A stretch of DNA of 64,000 bases from an uncultured Chloroflexia bacterium. Lineage in GTDB: Bacteria; Chloroflexota; Limnocylindria; Limnocylindrales; CSP1-4. The DNA lies in contig CAVVNQ010000002.1 in assembly GCA_963749705.1 (NCBI GenBank), positions 128,001 to 192,000 on the forward strand, given 5' to 3'. Positions 41,572-51,647 of this stretch are shown here, in pieces. Position 1 is the stretch's first letter; every line of letters starts with the position of its first letter. Position numbers and translations under genes: made by a program. The notes beneath the pieces are model-generated. The model did no database searches. It saw only the letters and a list, made by a program, of their open reading frames with translations, and was not told where the DNA came from.

Positions 41572-42129
41572 ATGATCAGCACCGGCGAGCTGCGCAAGGG
41601 TGTCGTCATCGAGCTTGACGGCGACCTGTGGCAGATCCTCGACTACCACCACATCAAGATGGGCCGTGGCTCGGCCCAGGTCCGGATCAAGCTGCGCAAC
41701 GTCAAGAAGGGCAGCACGGTCGAGAAGTCGTTCCAGGCCGGCGACCGCTGGCCGCGCGCGCAGATCGACCGGCGCCCGGTGCAGTACCTCTACCGCGACG
41801 GGGACGATCTCCACTTCATGGAGACCGAGTCGTACGAGCAGTTCAGCCTGCGGGCCGAGACGCTCGACGATGCGATCGGCTTCCTCAAGGAGGGGATGAC
41901 CGTGGATCGCACCTCGTACCAGGGCGAGACGCTGGGGATCGAGCTGCCGGTCACCGTGGACCTGCTGGTCCAGGAGACCGAGCCCGGCTACGCCGGCGAT
42001 ACCGCTCAGGGCGCCCGCAAGAACGCAACGATGGAGACGGGCCTCGTGGTCACCGTGCCGCTGTTCGTCAACGAGGGCGACACGCTGCGCATCGACACTC
42101 GCACCGGCGAGTACCAGACCCGCCTCTAG
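41572..42129 (+). CDS. efp: Elongation factor P
   Basis: KMGRGSA loop, YLY.DG...FM..E.YEQ, PG..GDT, VPLFV..GD..IDTRTG.Y. Confidence 0.97.
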   Translation: MISTGELRKGVVIELDGDLWQILDYHHIKMGRGSAQVRIKLRNVKKGSTVEKSFQAGDRWPRAQIDRRPVQYLYRDGDDLHFMETESYEQFSLRAETLDDAIGFLKEGMTVDRTSYQGETLGIELPVTVDLLVQETEPGYAGDTAQGARKNATMETGLVVTVPLFVNEGDTLRIDTRTGEYQTRL

Positions 42130-42159
42130 CGGGGTCGCGACGGCCGTCGAGATGGCGCG

Positions 42160-43686
42160 ATGAGCCGCACCCCCGAGCCGCCCGAGTGGGCGCTGCCGTC
42201 CTGGGACACGCTGCCCGACGATCCCGAGGCAACGCCGGCGCGGCGTCAGGCCGTGCCCGGCGGAACGTTCGGGCTTCGGGTCAGGACCGTGTCCGAGGTC
42301 AGCCGGGCCATCCGGGAGCGGATCCGCGCCGACGACGGGCTGCGCGACGTGTGGGTCGAGGGCGAGGTCGGGCGGGTCACGGTGTCCAGCGCGGGGCATG
42401 CGTACTTCACGCTCAAGGACGCGCGCGCCCAGCTCCAGTGCATCTGGTTCCGTGACGACCGGGTGCGGTCGCCGTTCCAGCCGCAGACCGGGCTCCAGGT
42501 GGTCGCCCACGGCCGGGTCGACCTGTTCGAGCCGCAGGGCGCGCTCCAGCTGTACGTCGATGCGATCCAGCCGTCGGGGTTCGGCGACCTGGCCATCCGG
42601 TTCGAGCAGCTCAAGGCTCGGCTGTCGGCGGAGGGCCTGTTCGACGCCGCCCGCAAGCGGCCGCTGCCGTCGAGGCCGCGCACGATCGCGGTGGTCACCT
42701 CGCCGACGGGCGCCGTATGGCAGGACGTGTGCAACGTCCTGGCGCGTCGATGGCCGATGGCGCGCGTCGTGCTCGTCGCGTGCAAGGTCCAGGGTGACGG
42801 CGCCCCCGAGAGCATCGTCCGGGCGCTGCGCCGGCTCGAGCGCTGGATCGGCCAGCAGGGTTCCGGCCAGGGTCCCGGCCCGGACGGCGACGCGCCCGCG
42901 GTGACGATCCTCGCGAGGGGCGGCGGCTCGCTGGAGGACCTGTGGTCGTTCAACGACGAGCGCGTCGTCCGCGCGATCGTGGCCCATCCGGTTCCCGTGG
43001 TGTGTGGGGTCGGCCACGAGGTCGACGTCACCCTCGCCGACTTCGCCGCGGACGTCCGGGCGCCGACGCCCTCGGCCGCGGCGGAGCTCGTGGTGCCGGA
43101 CCGGGTGGAGGCGACCGGCATCGTCCGCGCGATCGGCCAGCGGGCCGAGGGCTCGGTCACGAGGCGCGTCGGGGCGGCGCGGCGGGACGTCGACGCGGAG
43201 CGGCGCGCGCTGCTGCGTCTCGAGCCGCGGGCGCAGCTCGCGGCGTCCCGCGAACGGGTCGGGCTGGCGCTCGACCGTGCCACCCGGTTCCTGGCCACCC
43301 GGCTGGAACGGGACCTGCGGCGCCTGGAAGAGCTGGGCGGCCGCGCCCCACGGATCATCGACCGGCGGATTCGGTCCGCATCCGCGGGCCTGGCCGCCGC
43401 GACGGCGTCGCTCGGTGCGCTCGGTCCGCAGGCCACGCTGGACCGGGGCTACGCGATCGTCCGCCGATCCGCCGATGGGGCGATCGTGCGGGACCCCCGC
43501 CAGGCGGCTCCCGGGACGCGCCTGTCGCTGGCCCTGTCCCGGGGCGCCCTCGCGGCCACCAGTGACGGCCCGGCCGATCCACCCGGGATGGATGATCCGC
43601 TGGGTATGATCGTGCCCGGACGAGCGGCGGCGGTGGGATCATCCGACGCCGCCGATGCAGGTCCCGCAGCGAAGGAGCACCCGTGA
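42160..43686 (+). CDS. xseA: Exodeoxyribonuclease VII large subunit
   Basis: VWVEGEV, GHAYFTLKD, VVTSPTGA, RGGGSLEDLWSFNDE, GVGHEVD, APTPSAAAE, L.RGYAIV. Confidence 0.97.
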   Translation: MSRTPEPPEWALPSWDTLPDDPEATPARRQAVPGGTFGLRVRTVSEVSRAIRERIRADDGLRDVWVEGEVGRVTVSSAGHAYFTLKDARAQLQCIWFRDDRVRSPFQPQTGLQVVAHGRVDLFEPQGALQLYVDAIQPSGFGDLAIRFEQLKARLSAEGLFDAARKRPLPSRPRTIAVVTSPTGAVWQDVCNVLARRWPMARVVLVACKVQGDGAPESIVRALRRLERWIGQQGSGQGPGPDGDAPAVTILARGGGSLEDLWSFNDERVVRAIVAHPVPVVCGVGHEVDVTLADFAADVRAPTPSAAAELVVPDRVEATGIVRAIGQRAEGSVTRRVGAARRDVDAERRALLRLEPRAQLAASRERVGLALDRATRFLATRLERDLRRLEELGGRAPRIIDRRIRSASAGLAAATASLGALGPQATLDRGYAIVRRSADGAIVRDPRQAAPGTRLSLALSRGALAATSDGPADPPGMDDPLGMIVPGRAAAVGSSDAADAGPAAKEHP

Positions 43687-43961
43687 CGGACACGACGGCA
43701 CAAGGCGCCTCCGTGCTCCCGGTCGGGGAGCTCGCCTACGACGACGCCTTCGCCGAGCTCCAGCAGGTCGTCGCGACCCTGGAGGCGGGCGGCCAGACGC
43801 TGGAGCAGACGATCACGATGTACGAGCGGGCGGTGGCCCTCCAGCGGCGCTGCGAGCGCCTGCTGGCCGAGGCAGAGCTCCGTGTCCAGCAGCTGATGGC
43901 CGCACCGGGCGGCGGTCTGGCCGCCGTCGACGTCCGGCCCGAGGACGCTGCCGAGGAGTAG
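43683..43961 (+). CDS. xseB: Exodeoxyribonuclease VII small subunit
   Basis: Y..A..EL..VV..LE.G..LE....YE....L...C...L..AE. Confidence 0.93.
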   Translation: MTDTTAQGASVLPVGELAYDDAFAELQQVVATLEAGGQTLEQTITMYERAVALQRRCERLLAEAELRVQQLMAAPGGGLAAVDVRPEDAAEE

Positions 43962-44172
43962 GGGAGCGGCCGGACCGGGCGCCGCCCGGCGACCCCGATC
44001 GGGCATCGTGCTACCATCGGATATCACATAATCTCGAGCGGATCCCGCGGCATCGCGAACCGCTTCTCGCGTACTCTCGAACCTTTCCAGCGCCCGCAGG
44101 GCGCCCGACCAGCATCACCGCCGGGTCCAGCCGGCCGTCACAGGCGGCATGTTCCCCGAGCAGCAGGAGCCG

Positions 44173-46359
44173 ATGTCCGTGCCGATCCTCGATCGTCTCC
44201 AGGACCCCGCGGAGCTCCGCGGGCTGTCCGATCCGGAGCTGGCGCAGCTCGCCGCCGAGATCCGGGAGACGATCATCCGCACCGTCGCGGCCACCGGCGG
44301 CCATCTCGGCTCGTCGCTGGGCGTGGTCGAGATCACGCTCGCGCTGCACCGCCTGCTCGAGTCCCCGCGCGACCGGATCGTGTGGGACACGGGGCACCAG
44401 GCGTACGCGCACAAGCTGCTCACCGGGCGGCTGGACCGGTTCCACACCCTGCGCCAGATCGACGGTGTCGGGGGCTTTCCGCGGCGCGCCGAGTCGCCGC
44501 ATGACGTGTTCGACGGCGGGCATGCGGGCACCGGGCTCTCGATCGCCCAGGGTCTGGCCACGGCGCGTGATCTCCGGCACTCGATGGAGCGGGTCGCGGT
44601 CGTGGTCGGCGATGCCGCGCTCCTGTCCGGGCTCAGCCTCGAGGCGCTCAACGACATCGGGCACCGCCAGACGCAGCTGCTGATCGTGCTCAACGACAAC
44701 GAGATGTCGATCAGCCCGTCGGTCGGCGCGCTGTCCAAGTACCTGTCCGAGATCAAGCTGTCGGCCGCGTGGCGGCAGGGCAAGACCGCGTGGGACTCGG
44801 CGACCGAGCGGATCCCGCTGGTCGGGCCCCGGCTGCTCGAGCTGTCGCGCCGGTTCCGGCAGTCGGTCGTCTCGTTCGCGCAGCCGGGCCAGCTGTTCGA
44901 GGACCTCGGGATCACGTACGTCGGGGTGATGCCGGGCCACGATCTCCACCTGCTCGAGGAGACGTTCCGCCGCGCGCTCGCGCTCAACGGGCCGGTGATC
45001 GTCCATGTCCGGACGCAGAAGGGCAAGGGATATCGGCCCGCCGAGACGGACCAGGTCTCGTTCCACGGTGCCGCGCTGCCGCCGATGACGCTGGCGCCCG
45101 CCACGGACATGCACGACCGCCTGGGTGCCGCGACGAATGGCAGCAACGGCGATGCGATGGCGTCGTCGGCCGCGACCGGCTCCGCCGTGACCGCGTCCCG
45201 CGACGCCGAGGAGGGCGCCCCGCCGTCGGCGTCGGTGATGGCGGACCGGCGGAGTCCCGTGCACAACGCCGAGGGCGCCGCCGAGCCGTCGGCGATCCCC
45301 GCGCCCGCGAGCGACGCGAAGAAGACGCCCAACTACACCGCGTTCTTCTCGCGCGAGCTCGTCGCGCTCGGGGCGGAGGACCGCCGGATCGTGGCGATCA
45401 CCGCCGGCATGCCCACCGGAACCGGGCTCGCCAAGTTCCAGCAGGCGTACCCGGACCGGTTCATCGACGTCGGCATCGCGGAGCAGCACGCCGTGACCCT
45501 GGCGACCGGCCTCGCGCTGGGTGGCCTGCGCCCGGTCGTCGCCCTGTACTCGACCTTCCTCCAGCGCGCGTTCGACCAGACCGTCCATGACGTGTGCCAG
45601 AACGACGCGCCGGTCGTGCTCGCGGTTGACCGTGCGGGCCTGGTCGGAGAGGACGGCACCAGCCACCAGGGGATGTTCACGCTGCCGGCCCAGCGCCAGC
45701 TGCCGCACCTCGTGATCGCGAGCCCGCGCGACGAGCAGGAGCTGCGGGCCCTGCTGCGCACCGCGTTCGCGCAGGACCATCCGTTCGCGCTCCACTACCC
45801 GCGTGATGCCGGCTTCGGCGTCGAGGAGCGGGATCCGGCGCCGCTCGCGATCGGCAGGGGCGAGGTCCTGCGCGAGGGCCGCGACCTGCTGTTCGTCGGG
45901 TTCGGCCCGATCACCCGGCGCGCCGTGGACGTGGCGGTGGCGCTCGAGGCCGACGGGTGGTCGACGGGCGTGATCAACGCCCGCTTTGCCAAGCCGCTCG
46001 ACCGGCAGCTGATCCTCGACCAGGCGCGCGGCAAGCGGCTGGTGGTGACGTTCGAGGAGAGCGTCGTGACCGGCGGCTTCGGGTCCGGTGTGCTCGACGC
46101 GTTCGAGGAAGCCCGCGTCGCGGACTCGTCGTATCGGGACGTGGCGGTGCGCATCATCGGCATCCCCGGCGACCGGTTCGTCGACCACGGCGCCGTGTCC
46201 GACCTCCGGCGGTTGATCCGGCTGGACGTGCCGGGGCTGACGGCACAGGTCCGCGAGACGATCGGGCAGCTGGGGATCACCCCGGGACCGGCACCCATCG
46301 GGGCCGCCGGCTCGCCGCCCGCCGCGCCCGCGACCAGGACCCGCCGCCAGCGCGACTGA
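44173..46359 (+). CDS. dxs: 1-deoxy-D-xylulose-5-phosphate synthase
   Basis: GGHLGSSLG, WDTGHQAY, GD...NDN, DVGIAEQH, YSTFLQRAFDQ, DRAGLVGEDG..H. Confidence 0.98.
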   Translation: MSVPILDRLQDPAELRGLSDPELAQLAAEIRETIIRTVAATGGHLGSSLGVVEITLALHRLLESPRDRIVWDTGHQAYAHKLLTGRLDRFHTLRQIDGVGGFPRRAESPHDVFDGGHAGTGLSIAQGLATARDLRHSMERVAVVVGDAALLSGLSLEALNDIGHRQTQLLIVLNDNEMSISPSVGALSKYLSEIKLSAAWRQGKTAWDSATERIPLVGPRLLELSRRFRQSVVSFAQPGQLFEDLGITYVGVMPGHDLHLLEETFRRALALNGPVIVHVRTQKGKGYRPAETDQVSFHGAALPPMTLAPATDMHDRLGAATNGSNGDAMASSAATGSAVTASRDAEEGAPPSASVMADRRSPVHNAEGAAEPSAIPAPASDAKKTPNYTAFFSRELVALGAEDRRIVAITAGMPTGTGLAKFQQAYPDRFIDVGIAEQHAVTLATGLALGGLRPVVALYSTFLQRAFDQTVHDVCQNDAPVVLAVDRAGLVGEDGTSHQGMFTLPAQRQLPHLVIASPRDEQELRALLRTAFAQDHPFALHYPRDAGFGVEERDPAPLAIGRGEVLREGRDLLFVGFGPITRRAVDVAVALEADGWSTGVINARFAKPLDRQLILDQARGKRLVVTFEESVVTGGFGSGVLDAFEEARVADSSYRDVAVRIIGIPGDRFVDHGAVSDLRRLIRLDVPGLTAQVRETIGQLGITPGPAPIGAAGSPPAAPATRTRRQRD

Positions 46360-46420
46360 TCCACAGGCGCCGGCGCCGGCGATACATCCGGGTGGAGCGG
46401 GCTGTGCCACGATAGGCGCG

Positions 46421-47245
46421 ATGGGCGCCGCAACCTCACGTCGGATCCGGCTCGACCACCTCCTCGTGGAGCGTGGCCTGGCACCCACGCGCGCCCGGGC
46501 GCAGGCGCTGGTGCTGGCGGGCAAGGTCCGCGTCGGTGCCGGCGATTCCGGCCGCCGGGACCTCAAGTCCGGCGACATGGTCGATCCCGGCGCGGTGGTC
46601 GACGTCGATGCGGGCCGCCAGTGGGTCAGCCGCGGGGCGCACAAGCTGATCGCCGCGCTCGACGCCTTCGGCATCGACCCGGCGGGCCTTGCGTGCATCG
46701 ACGTCGGGGCCTCGACGGGCGGGTTCACCGATGTCCTGCTGGCCCGCGGCGCGACCCGGGTGTACGCGGTCGACGTGGGCTACGGGCAGCTCGCCGAGCG
46801 GCTGCGCCGCGACCCGCGCGTGGTCTCGATGGAGCGCGTCAACGCCCGGACGCTGGGACCGGACACGCTCCCCGAGCCCGTCGACCTCGCGGTCGTCGAC
46901 GTGTCGTTCATCTCGCTCGCCCTGGTGCTTGGGCCCATCCGCTCGGTCCTGCGCGAGGGGCGCGGCCCGATCATCGCGCTGGTCAAGCCACAGTTCGAGG
47001 CCGGCCGCGCGGACGCCAGGGGCGGCGTGGTGCGCGACCCGGAGGTGCACCGGCGCGTGCTGCGCGACACGGTCGGCACCGCTGCGGCATCGGGGCTCGG
47101 CACGCGGGCGGTGATCGCGTCTCCGATCCTGGGACCCGAGGGCAACCGGGAGTTCCTGGTCCACCTGGAGTCCGGTCCGTCGTGCGCGGAGGTCGGCGAC
47201 CGCATCGACGAGGCCGTGTCGGCCGCATGGGAGGGGGCGTCATGA
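46421..47245 (+). CDS. tlyA: TlyA-family rRNA 2'-O-methyltransferase
   Basis: S4 domain RLD.LLV, VSRG..KL, DVGASTGGFTD, DVSFISL, LVKPQFE, GNREF. Confidence 0.96.
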   Translation: MGAATSRRIRLDHLLVERGLAPTRARAQALVLAGKVRVGAGDSGRRDLKSGDMVDPGAVVDVDAGRQWVSRGAHKLIAALDAFGIDPAGLACIDVGASTGGFTDVLLARGATRVYAVDVGYGQLAERLRRDPRVVSMERVNARTLGPDTLPEPVDLAVVDVSFISLALVLGPIRSVLREGRGPIIALVKPQFEAGRADARGGVVRDPEVHRRVLRDTVGTAAASGLGTRAVIASPILGPEGNREFLVHLESGPSCAEVGDRIDEAVSAAWEGAS

Positions 47246-48084
47246 GCATCCGGCGGATCGGATTCGCGTACAACCCCACCATCGCGCAGGCGACCGAGCT
47301 CCGCGACCGCGCCGGCGAATGGTGCCGGTTGCGCGACATCGACCGCTGGGCAGCACCGGCCGGCGAGGTCGCCAGCCTGGTGGAGCAGCTGCCGGGCACC
47401 GATGTCCTGGTCGTCCTGGGCGGCGATGGGACGTTCCTGCGCGCGGCCCAGGCGGTGGCCGAGGTCGACGTGCCGATCCTGGGCGTCAACCTGGGCAAGG
47501 TCGGGTTCCTGTCGACCGCCGAGGCGCAGGACCTGGAACCCGTCCTCGAGCGGCTGGTCGCCGGCGAGTACCTGCTCCGCGAGCGGATGGCCCTGACCGG
47601 CACGATCCAGCCGGCAACCGGTCCCGCGACAACGGCGTTCACGGCGCTCAACGACATCGTCATCGCGCGCGGCGCGCTGGCGCGCGTCGTCCGGCTGGAC
47701 GTCAACATCGACGAGTCGCACCTCGCGACCTTCGTCGCGGACGGCCTGGTGGTCTCGAGCCCCACGGGCTCGACCGGCTACTCGTTCTCCGCGGGCGGCC
47801 CGATCCTCGACCCGCGCAGCCGGAACCTCGTCGTGACGCCCATCGCCGGCTACCTGTCGGCGATCCGTTCGATCGTGGTGTCGCCGGAGCAGGTCGTCCG
47901 CTGCCGGGTGCTCGACGCGCTGGAGGCGCTGGTGTCGATCGACGGCCGCGAGGACTGGCCGATCCAGGTCGGTGACGTCGTCGAGGTCCGCGCCCTCGAG
48001 CGCCCGATCCGGTTCGTCGAGCCGCAGGGGGCGCTCCCGTTCTGGGACCTGCTGCGGACGAAGGTCGCGCTGCTGCCGTCCTGA
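47242..48084 (+). CDS. nadK: NAD kinase
   Basis: LGGDGT, GVNLG..GFL, ND, DGLVVSSPTGSTGYS.SAGG. Confidence 0.96.
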   Translation: MSIRRIGFAYNPTIAQATELRDRAGEWCRLRDIDRWAAPAGEVASLVEQLPGTDVLVVLGGDGTFLRAAQAVAEVDVPILGVNLGKVGFLSTAEAQDLEPVLERLVAGEYLLRERMALTGTIQPATGPATTAFTALNDIVIARGALARVVRLDVNIDESHLATFVADGLVVSSPTGSTGYSFSAGGPILDPRSRNLVVTPIAGYLSAIRSIVVSPEQVVRCRVLDALEALVSIDGREDWPIQVGDVVEVRALERPIRFVEPQGALPFWDLLRTKVALLPS

Positions 48085-48086
48085 CC

Positions 48087-49814
48087 ATGGCCGTCGAACG
48101 TTCCCCTGATCACGCGGGCCGGCTGCTGGAGCTGGCGGTCTCGGACCTCGCCCTGATCGACCGGCTGCGGCTGACGCTGGCGTCCGGGTTCAACGTGCTG
48201 ACCGGCGAGACCGGTGCGGGCAAGAGCCTGCTGATCGATGCCCTGGGCCTCGCGCTTGGGGCGCGCGCGGACACGACGCTCGTTCGCCATGGGGCGGAGT
48301 CGGCGCGCGTCGAGGCGCTGTTCGATCGCATCCCGGAGCCGCTGATCGCCGTCCGCGAGGTCTCCGGCACCGGGCGCTCGACCGCGCGCCTGGACGACGA
48401 GACGGTGACCGCCGGCCGGCTGGCGGCCGCGACCGGGAGCCTGGTCGAGATCCACGGCCAGCACGACCAGCAGCGGCTGCTCGACGAGGACTGGCAACGC
48501 GACCTGCTCGACGCCTACGGCGGGCACGGCACCGCTCGCGATCGCGTCGCGGCCGCCGTCGAGCGCTGGCGCGGCAACCGCGCGGCGCTGGTCGAGCTCG
48601 CCATGGAGCCGCGTGAGCTGCTCCGCCGGCTCGACGTGCTGGAGCACGAGGCGAGCGAGATCGCCGGCGGCCGGCTGCGGGTCGGCGAGGCCGCGGAGAT
48701 CACCCGCGAGCTCGCCGCGGCGCAGCACGGCGAGGCGATCGCATCGGGGGCGGCCGAGGTTCGCGAGACCCTGCTCGAGGAGGGCGGCGGCGCCCGCGAG
48801 CGGATCGCGCGGGCCGCGCACGAGATCCGGACGCTGGCCCGGCTCGACGAGCGCTGGGCACCGCTGGTGGACCGGCTGGCCGGCGCGGAGGCCGAGATCG
48901 ACGACATCGCCGCCGAGGTCCGGTCGCTCGCCGACACGGTCGATCATGATCCGGCAACCCTCACGCGCCTGGAGGACCGGCTGGGCGAGATCCACCGGCT
49001 GATCCGGCGCTATGGCGATGACGAGGCCGCGGTCATCGCCCACGGGGAGCGCGCGGCGGCCGAGATCGAGCGCCTGCGCGGGCTGGACGAGGAGCGGGCG
49101 CGGCGCGCGGCAGAGGACGCGCGCCTGCTGCTCGAGGTCGCGGACGCGGCAGCGTCGCTGTCGATCCTGCGCGCGGGCACGGCCGGCGAGCTGGGCGCGG
49201 CGGTGTCCTCGGTCCTGGTGGAGCTCGGCTTCCCGGCCGACGCGTTCCTGGTGGCGCTCGGCCGCCGGCCGGCGGCCCGGGACGATGCCGCGGTCGAGGT
49301 GGACGGGGATGCCGTCGCGTTCGATGCCACCGGGATCGACACGGTCGTGTTCCGGTTCCGGCCCAACCCGGGCGAGCCCGCCCAGCCGCTGGCCCGGATC
49401 GCCTCGGGCGGCGAGCTGTCGCGGGTGGCCCTCGCGGTCAAGCAGGTGCTGGCGGCGGTGGACGAGACGCCCACGCTGGTGTTCGACGAGATCGACGCCG
49501 GGATCGGGGGGCGCAGCGCGGACCCGGTCGGCCGCTCGCTGTGGACGCTCGCCCGCGAGCACCAGGTGCTGTGCGTCACCCACCTCCCGCAGATCGCGGC
49601 CTACGCCGATGCGCACTACCGGATCTCGAAGGGAGCGCGCGACGGTCGGACGGTGACCGAGGTCGTCCGCCTGGATCGGGCCGACCGCGAGGCCGAGCTG
49701 GCGCTGATGATCGGCGGTGCCGGCGGTGGTGAGGCGGCGCGGCTGTCGGCGCGCGAGCTGCTCGACCGGGCCGAGGCGTGGACCGGGAGCCGGCCGGCCG
49801 ACGTGCCGGCCTGA
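48087..49814 (+). CDS. recN: DNA repair protein RecN
   Basis: LTGETGAGKS, HGQH, ASGGELSR, FDEIDAG, VTHLPQIA. Confidence 0.97.
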   Translation: MAVERSPDHAGRLLELAVSDLALIDRLRLTLASGFNVLTGETGAGKSLLIDALGLALGARADTTLVRHGAESARVEALFDRIPEPLIAVREVSGTGRSTARLDDETVTAGRLAAATGSLVEIHGQHDQQRLLDEDWQRDLLDAYGGHGTARDRVAAAVERWRGNRAALVELAMEPRELLRRLDVLEHEASEIAGGRLRVGEAAEITRELAAAQHGEAIASGAAEVRETLLEEGGGARERIARAAHEIRTLARLDERWAPLVDRLAGAEAEIDDIAAEVRSLADTVDHDPATLTRLEDRLGEIHRLIRRYGDDEAAVIAHGERAAAEIERLRGLDEERARRAAEDARLLLEVADAAASLSILRAGTAGELGAAVSSVLVELGFPADAFLVALGRRPAARDDAAVEVDGDAVAFDATGIDTVVFRFRPNPGEPAQPLARIASGGELSRVALAVKQVLAAVDETPTLVFDEIDAGIGGRSADPVGRSLWTLAREHQVLCVTHLPQIAAYADAHYRISKGARDGRTVTEVVRLDRADREAELALMIGGAGGGEAARLSARELLDRAEAWTGSRPADVPA

Positions 49815-49831
49815 CGGCGGGGACGGATCGC

Positions 49832-50785
49832 GTGGCGACGACCCTCGACGGTGCGATCGAGGGGTACCTCGCGTACCTGCGCGTGGAGCGCGGCGTAGCC
49901 GATGCCACGATCACCGCGTACCGGGCGGACCTCACCGACTTCGCGATGAGCCGCGGGGCCGCCCGCGACTGGGCGAGCGGGCCCGAGGTCGCGCAGCGCT
50001 ACCTCGCCGCCCGGGCTCGCCGTGGCCGGCCCAACGACCCGGGCCTCGCCCCGACCAGCCTCCGGCGGCGCGCGGCGGCGATCCGGGGCTTCTACCGCTT
50101 CGCGTACGGCGACGGGGTCATCCCGGTCGATGTCGCGGCGCACCTCGACCTTCCCCGCCAGCCGCGGCTGCTGCCCGAGACGCTGACCGTGGCCGAGGTC
50201 GAACGGCTGCTGGAGGTCACCGGCGGAGCGGTGCCCACCGGCGGGTCGCCCACCGATGCCGAGGGCATCGCCGTGCGCAACCGGACGCTGCTCGAGCTGC
50301 TGTACGCGGCGGGCCTGCGAATCTCCGAGGCGCTCCAGCTCGATCGCGGCGAGGTGTCGCTGGACGGCGGGTTCGTGCGCGTGATCGGCAAGGGCGATCG
50401 CGAACGCCTGGTGCCGGTCGGCGACATCGCGCTCGAATGGCTGTCGCGCTACCTGGCGTGGCCGCGGGCCGCCTGGCTCGGGTCGGCCGGGGTCGCGGAC
50501 GCGCCGGGCGCGCCGCTGTTCGTCACCGCGCGCGGCCGGCGGCTTGGCCGCCAGCAGGCATGGGCGATCGTCAAGGCGAGCGCCGCGGCTGCCGGGCTGG
50601 ATGGCCGCGTCTCACCGCACACGCTTCGGCATTCGTTCGCGACCCACCTGCTCGAAGGGGGCGCCGACCTGCGCGTCGTCCAGGAGCTGCTCGGACATGC
50701 CAGTATTTCCACGACCCAGCTGTATACGCACCTGACCGGGGAGCGCATCCGCGAGGTCTACGCCCGCGCGCATCCGCGGGCCTGA
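49832..50785 (+). CDS. xerD: Tyrosine recombinase, XerD-like
   Basis: [47 protein letters not shown]. Context recN...scpAB. Confidence 0.9.
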   Translation: MATTLDGAIEGYLAYLRVERGVADATITAYRADLTDFAMSRGAARDWASGPEVAQRYLAARARRGRPNDPGLAPTSLRRRAAAIRGFYRFAYGDGVIPVDVAAHLDLPRQPRLLPETLTVAEVERLLEVTGGAVPTGGSPTDAEGIAVRNRTLLELLYAAGLRISEALQLDRGEVSLDGGFVRVIGKGDRERLVPVGDIALEWLSRYLAWPRAAWLGSAGVADAPGAPLFVTARGRRLGRQQAWAIVKASAAAAGLDGRVSPHTLRHSFATHLLEGGADLRVVQELLGHASISTTQLYTHLTGERIREVYARAHPRA

Positions 50786-50799
50786 GGAGGTTCGGGGCG

Positions 50800-51591
50800 A
50801 TGTCGTATACGGACTCACTGCTGGCGTCGGGGGAGCGGATCCTCCGGCGTGATCGCCAGCACTGGTTCATTTTGGCGGGCAACGCGCGGTTCGCGATCGC
50901 CGCGCTCGTGATCGCGATCGTGCTGCTGCTGATCCGCGTGACCACCGGCGCGACCGGCGGCGTGATGGACTTCCTGGGCCTGGTCACGCTCGTCCTGTTC
51001 GTGGGCGGGCTGCTCGCGCTGGGCTGGAGCTGGCTGGAGTACCAGAACGAGGAGTACACCGTCACCTCGCGGCGGCTGATCCATGCCGAGGGCGTGATCA
51101 ACAAGAAGGCGTCCGACTGGTCGCTCGAGAAGATCAACGACGCGATCCTGTCGGAGGGATGGGCGGGCCGGGTGTTCGGCTTCGGCGACCTCGAGGTGCT
51201 GACCGCGTCCGAGCACCCCAACGAGGTGCTGCGCATGCTGCGCGACGCCAAGTCGTTCAAGAAGTCGATGCTGGAGGCCAAGCACGAGCTCGAGATCGAG
51301 GTGGGCCGGCCGACAATGCCGCCGCTCCGGTCCGCGGGCGACACGGGCACGGCCGGGTCGGGATCGTCGGCCCCGGCGCCGGCGGCGCCGCCCGTCCCGG
51401 CCCCACCGGTCAACGCCGCGCCGGCCGCTCCGGCACCGGCGCCCGCGGCGCCGGCAGGCCCCCCGCCGGCGGCCATGTCCGGCGACGAGGTGACGGCGGC
51501 ACTGGGACGCCTGGGCGACCTCCGCGATCGCGGGATCGTCACGCCCGAGGAGTTCGAGGCCAAGAAGCGGGAGCTGCTGGGTCGGCTCTGA
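50800..51591 (+). CDS. Membrane protein with a bacterial PH domain and C-terminal SHOCT
   Basis: Two TM segments, Y.VT.RR....GV..K, GR.FGFGDL, A/P linker, L..LRDRGIVT.EEFEAKK..LL. Confidence 0.85.
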   Translation: MSYTDSLLASGERILRRDRQHWFILAGNARFAIAALVIAIVLLLIRVTTGATGGVMDFLGLVTLVLFVGGLLALGWSWLEYQNEEYTVTSRRLIHAEGVINKKASDWSLEKINDAILSEGWAGRVFGFGDLEVLTASEHPNEVLRMLRDAKSFKKSMLEAKHELEIEVGRPTMPPLRSAGDTGTAGSGSSAPAPAAPPVPAPPVNAAPAAPAPAPAAPAGPPPAAMSGDEVTAALGRLGDLRDRGIVTPEEFEAKKRELLGRL

Positions 51592-51647
51592 GCGCGGAGG
51601 ACCGGTAGGATACGCGGGACCCACCCAACCGCCCCTGTGAGGCCCGC

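Noticed and set aside
44021-44050. dif-like half site (minus strand TTATGTGATAT)
   Set aside because: There is no matching XerC arm (ATAA) at 6-bp spacing, and it lies within the dxs leader.
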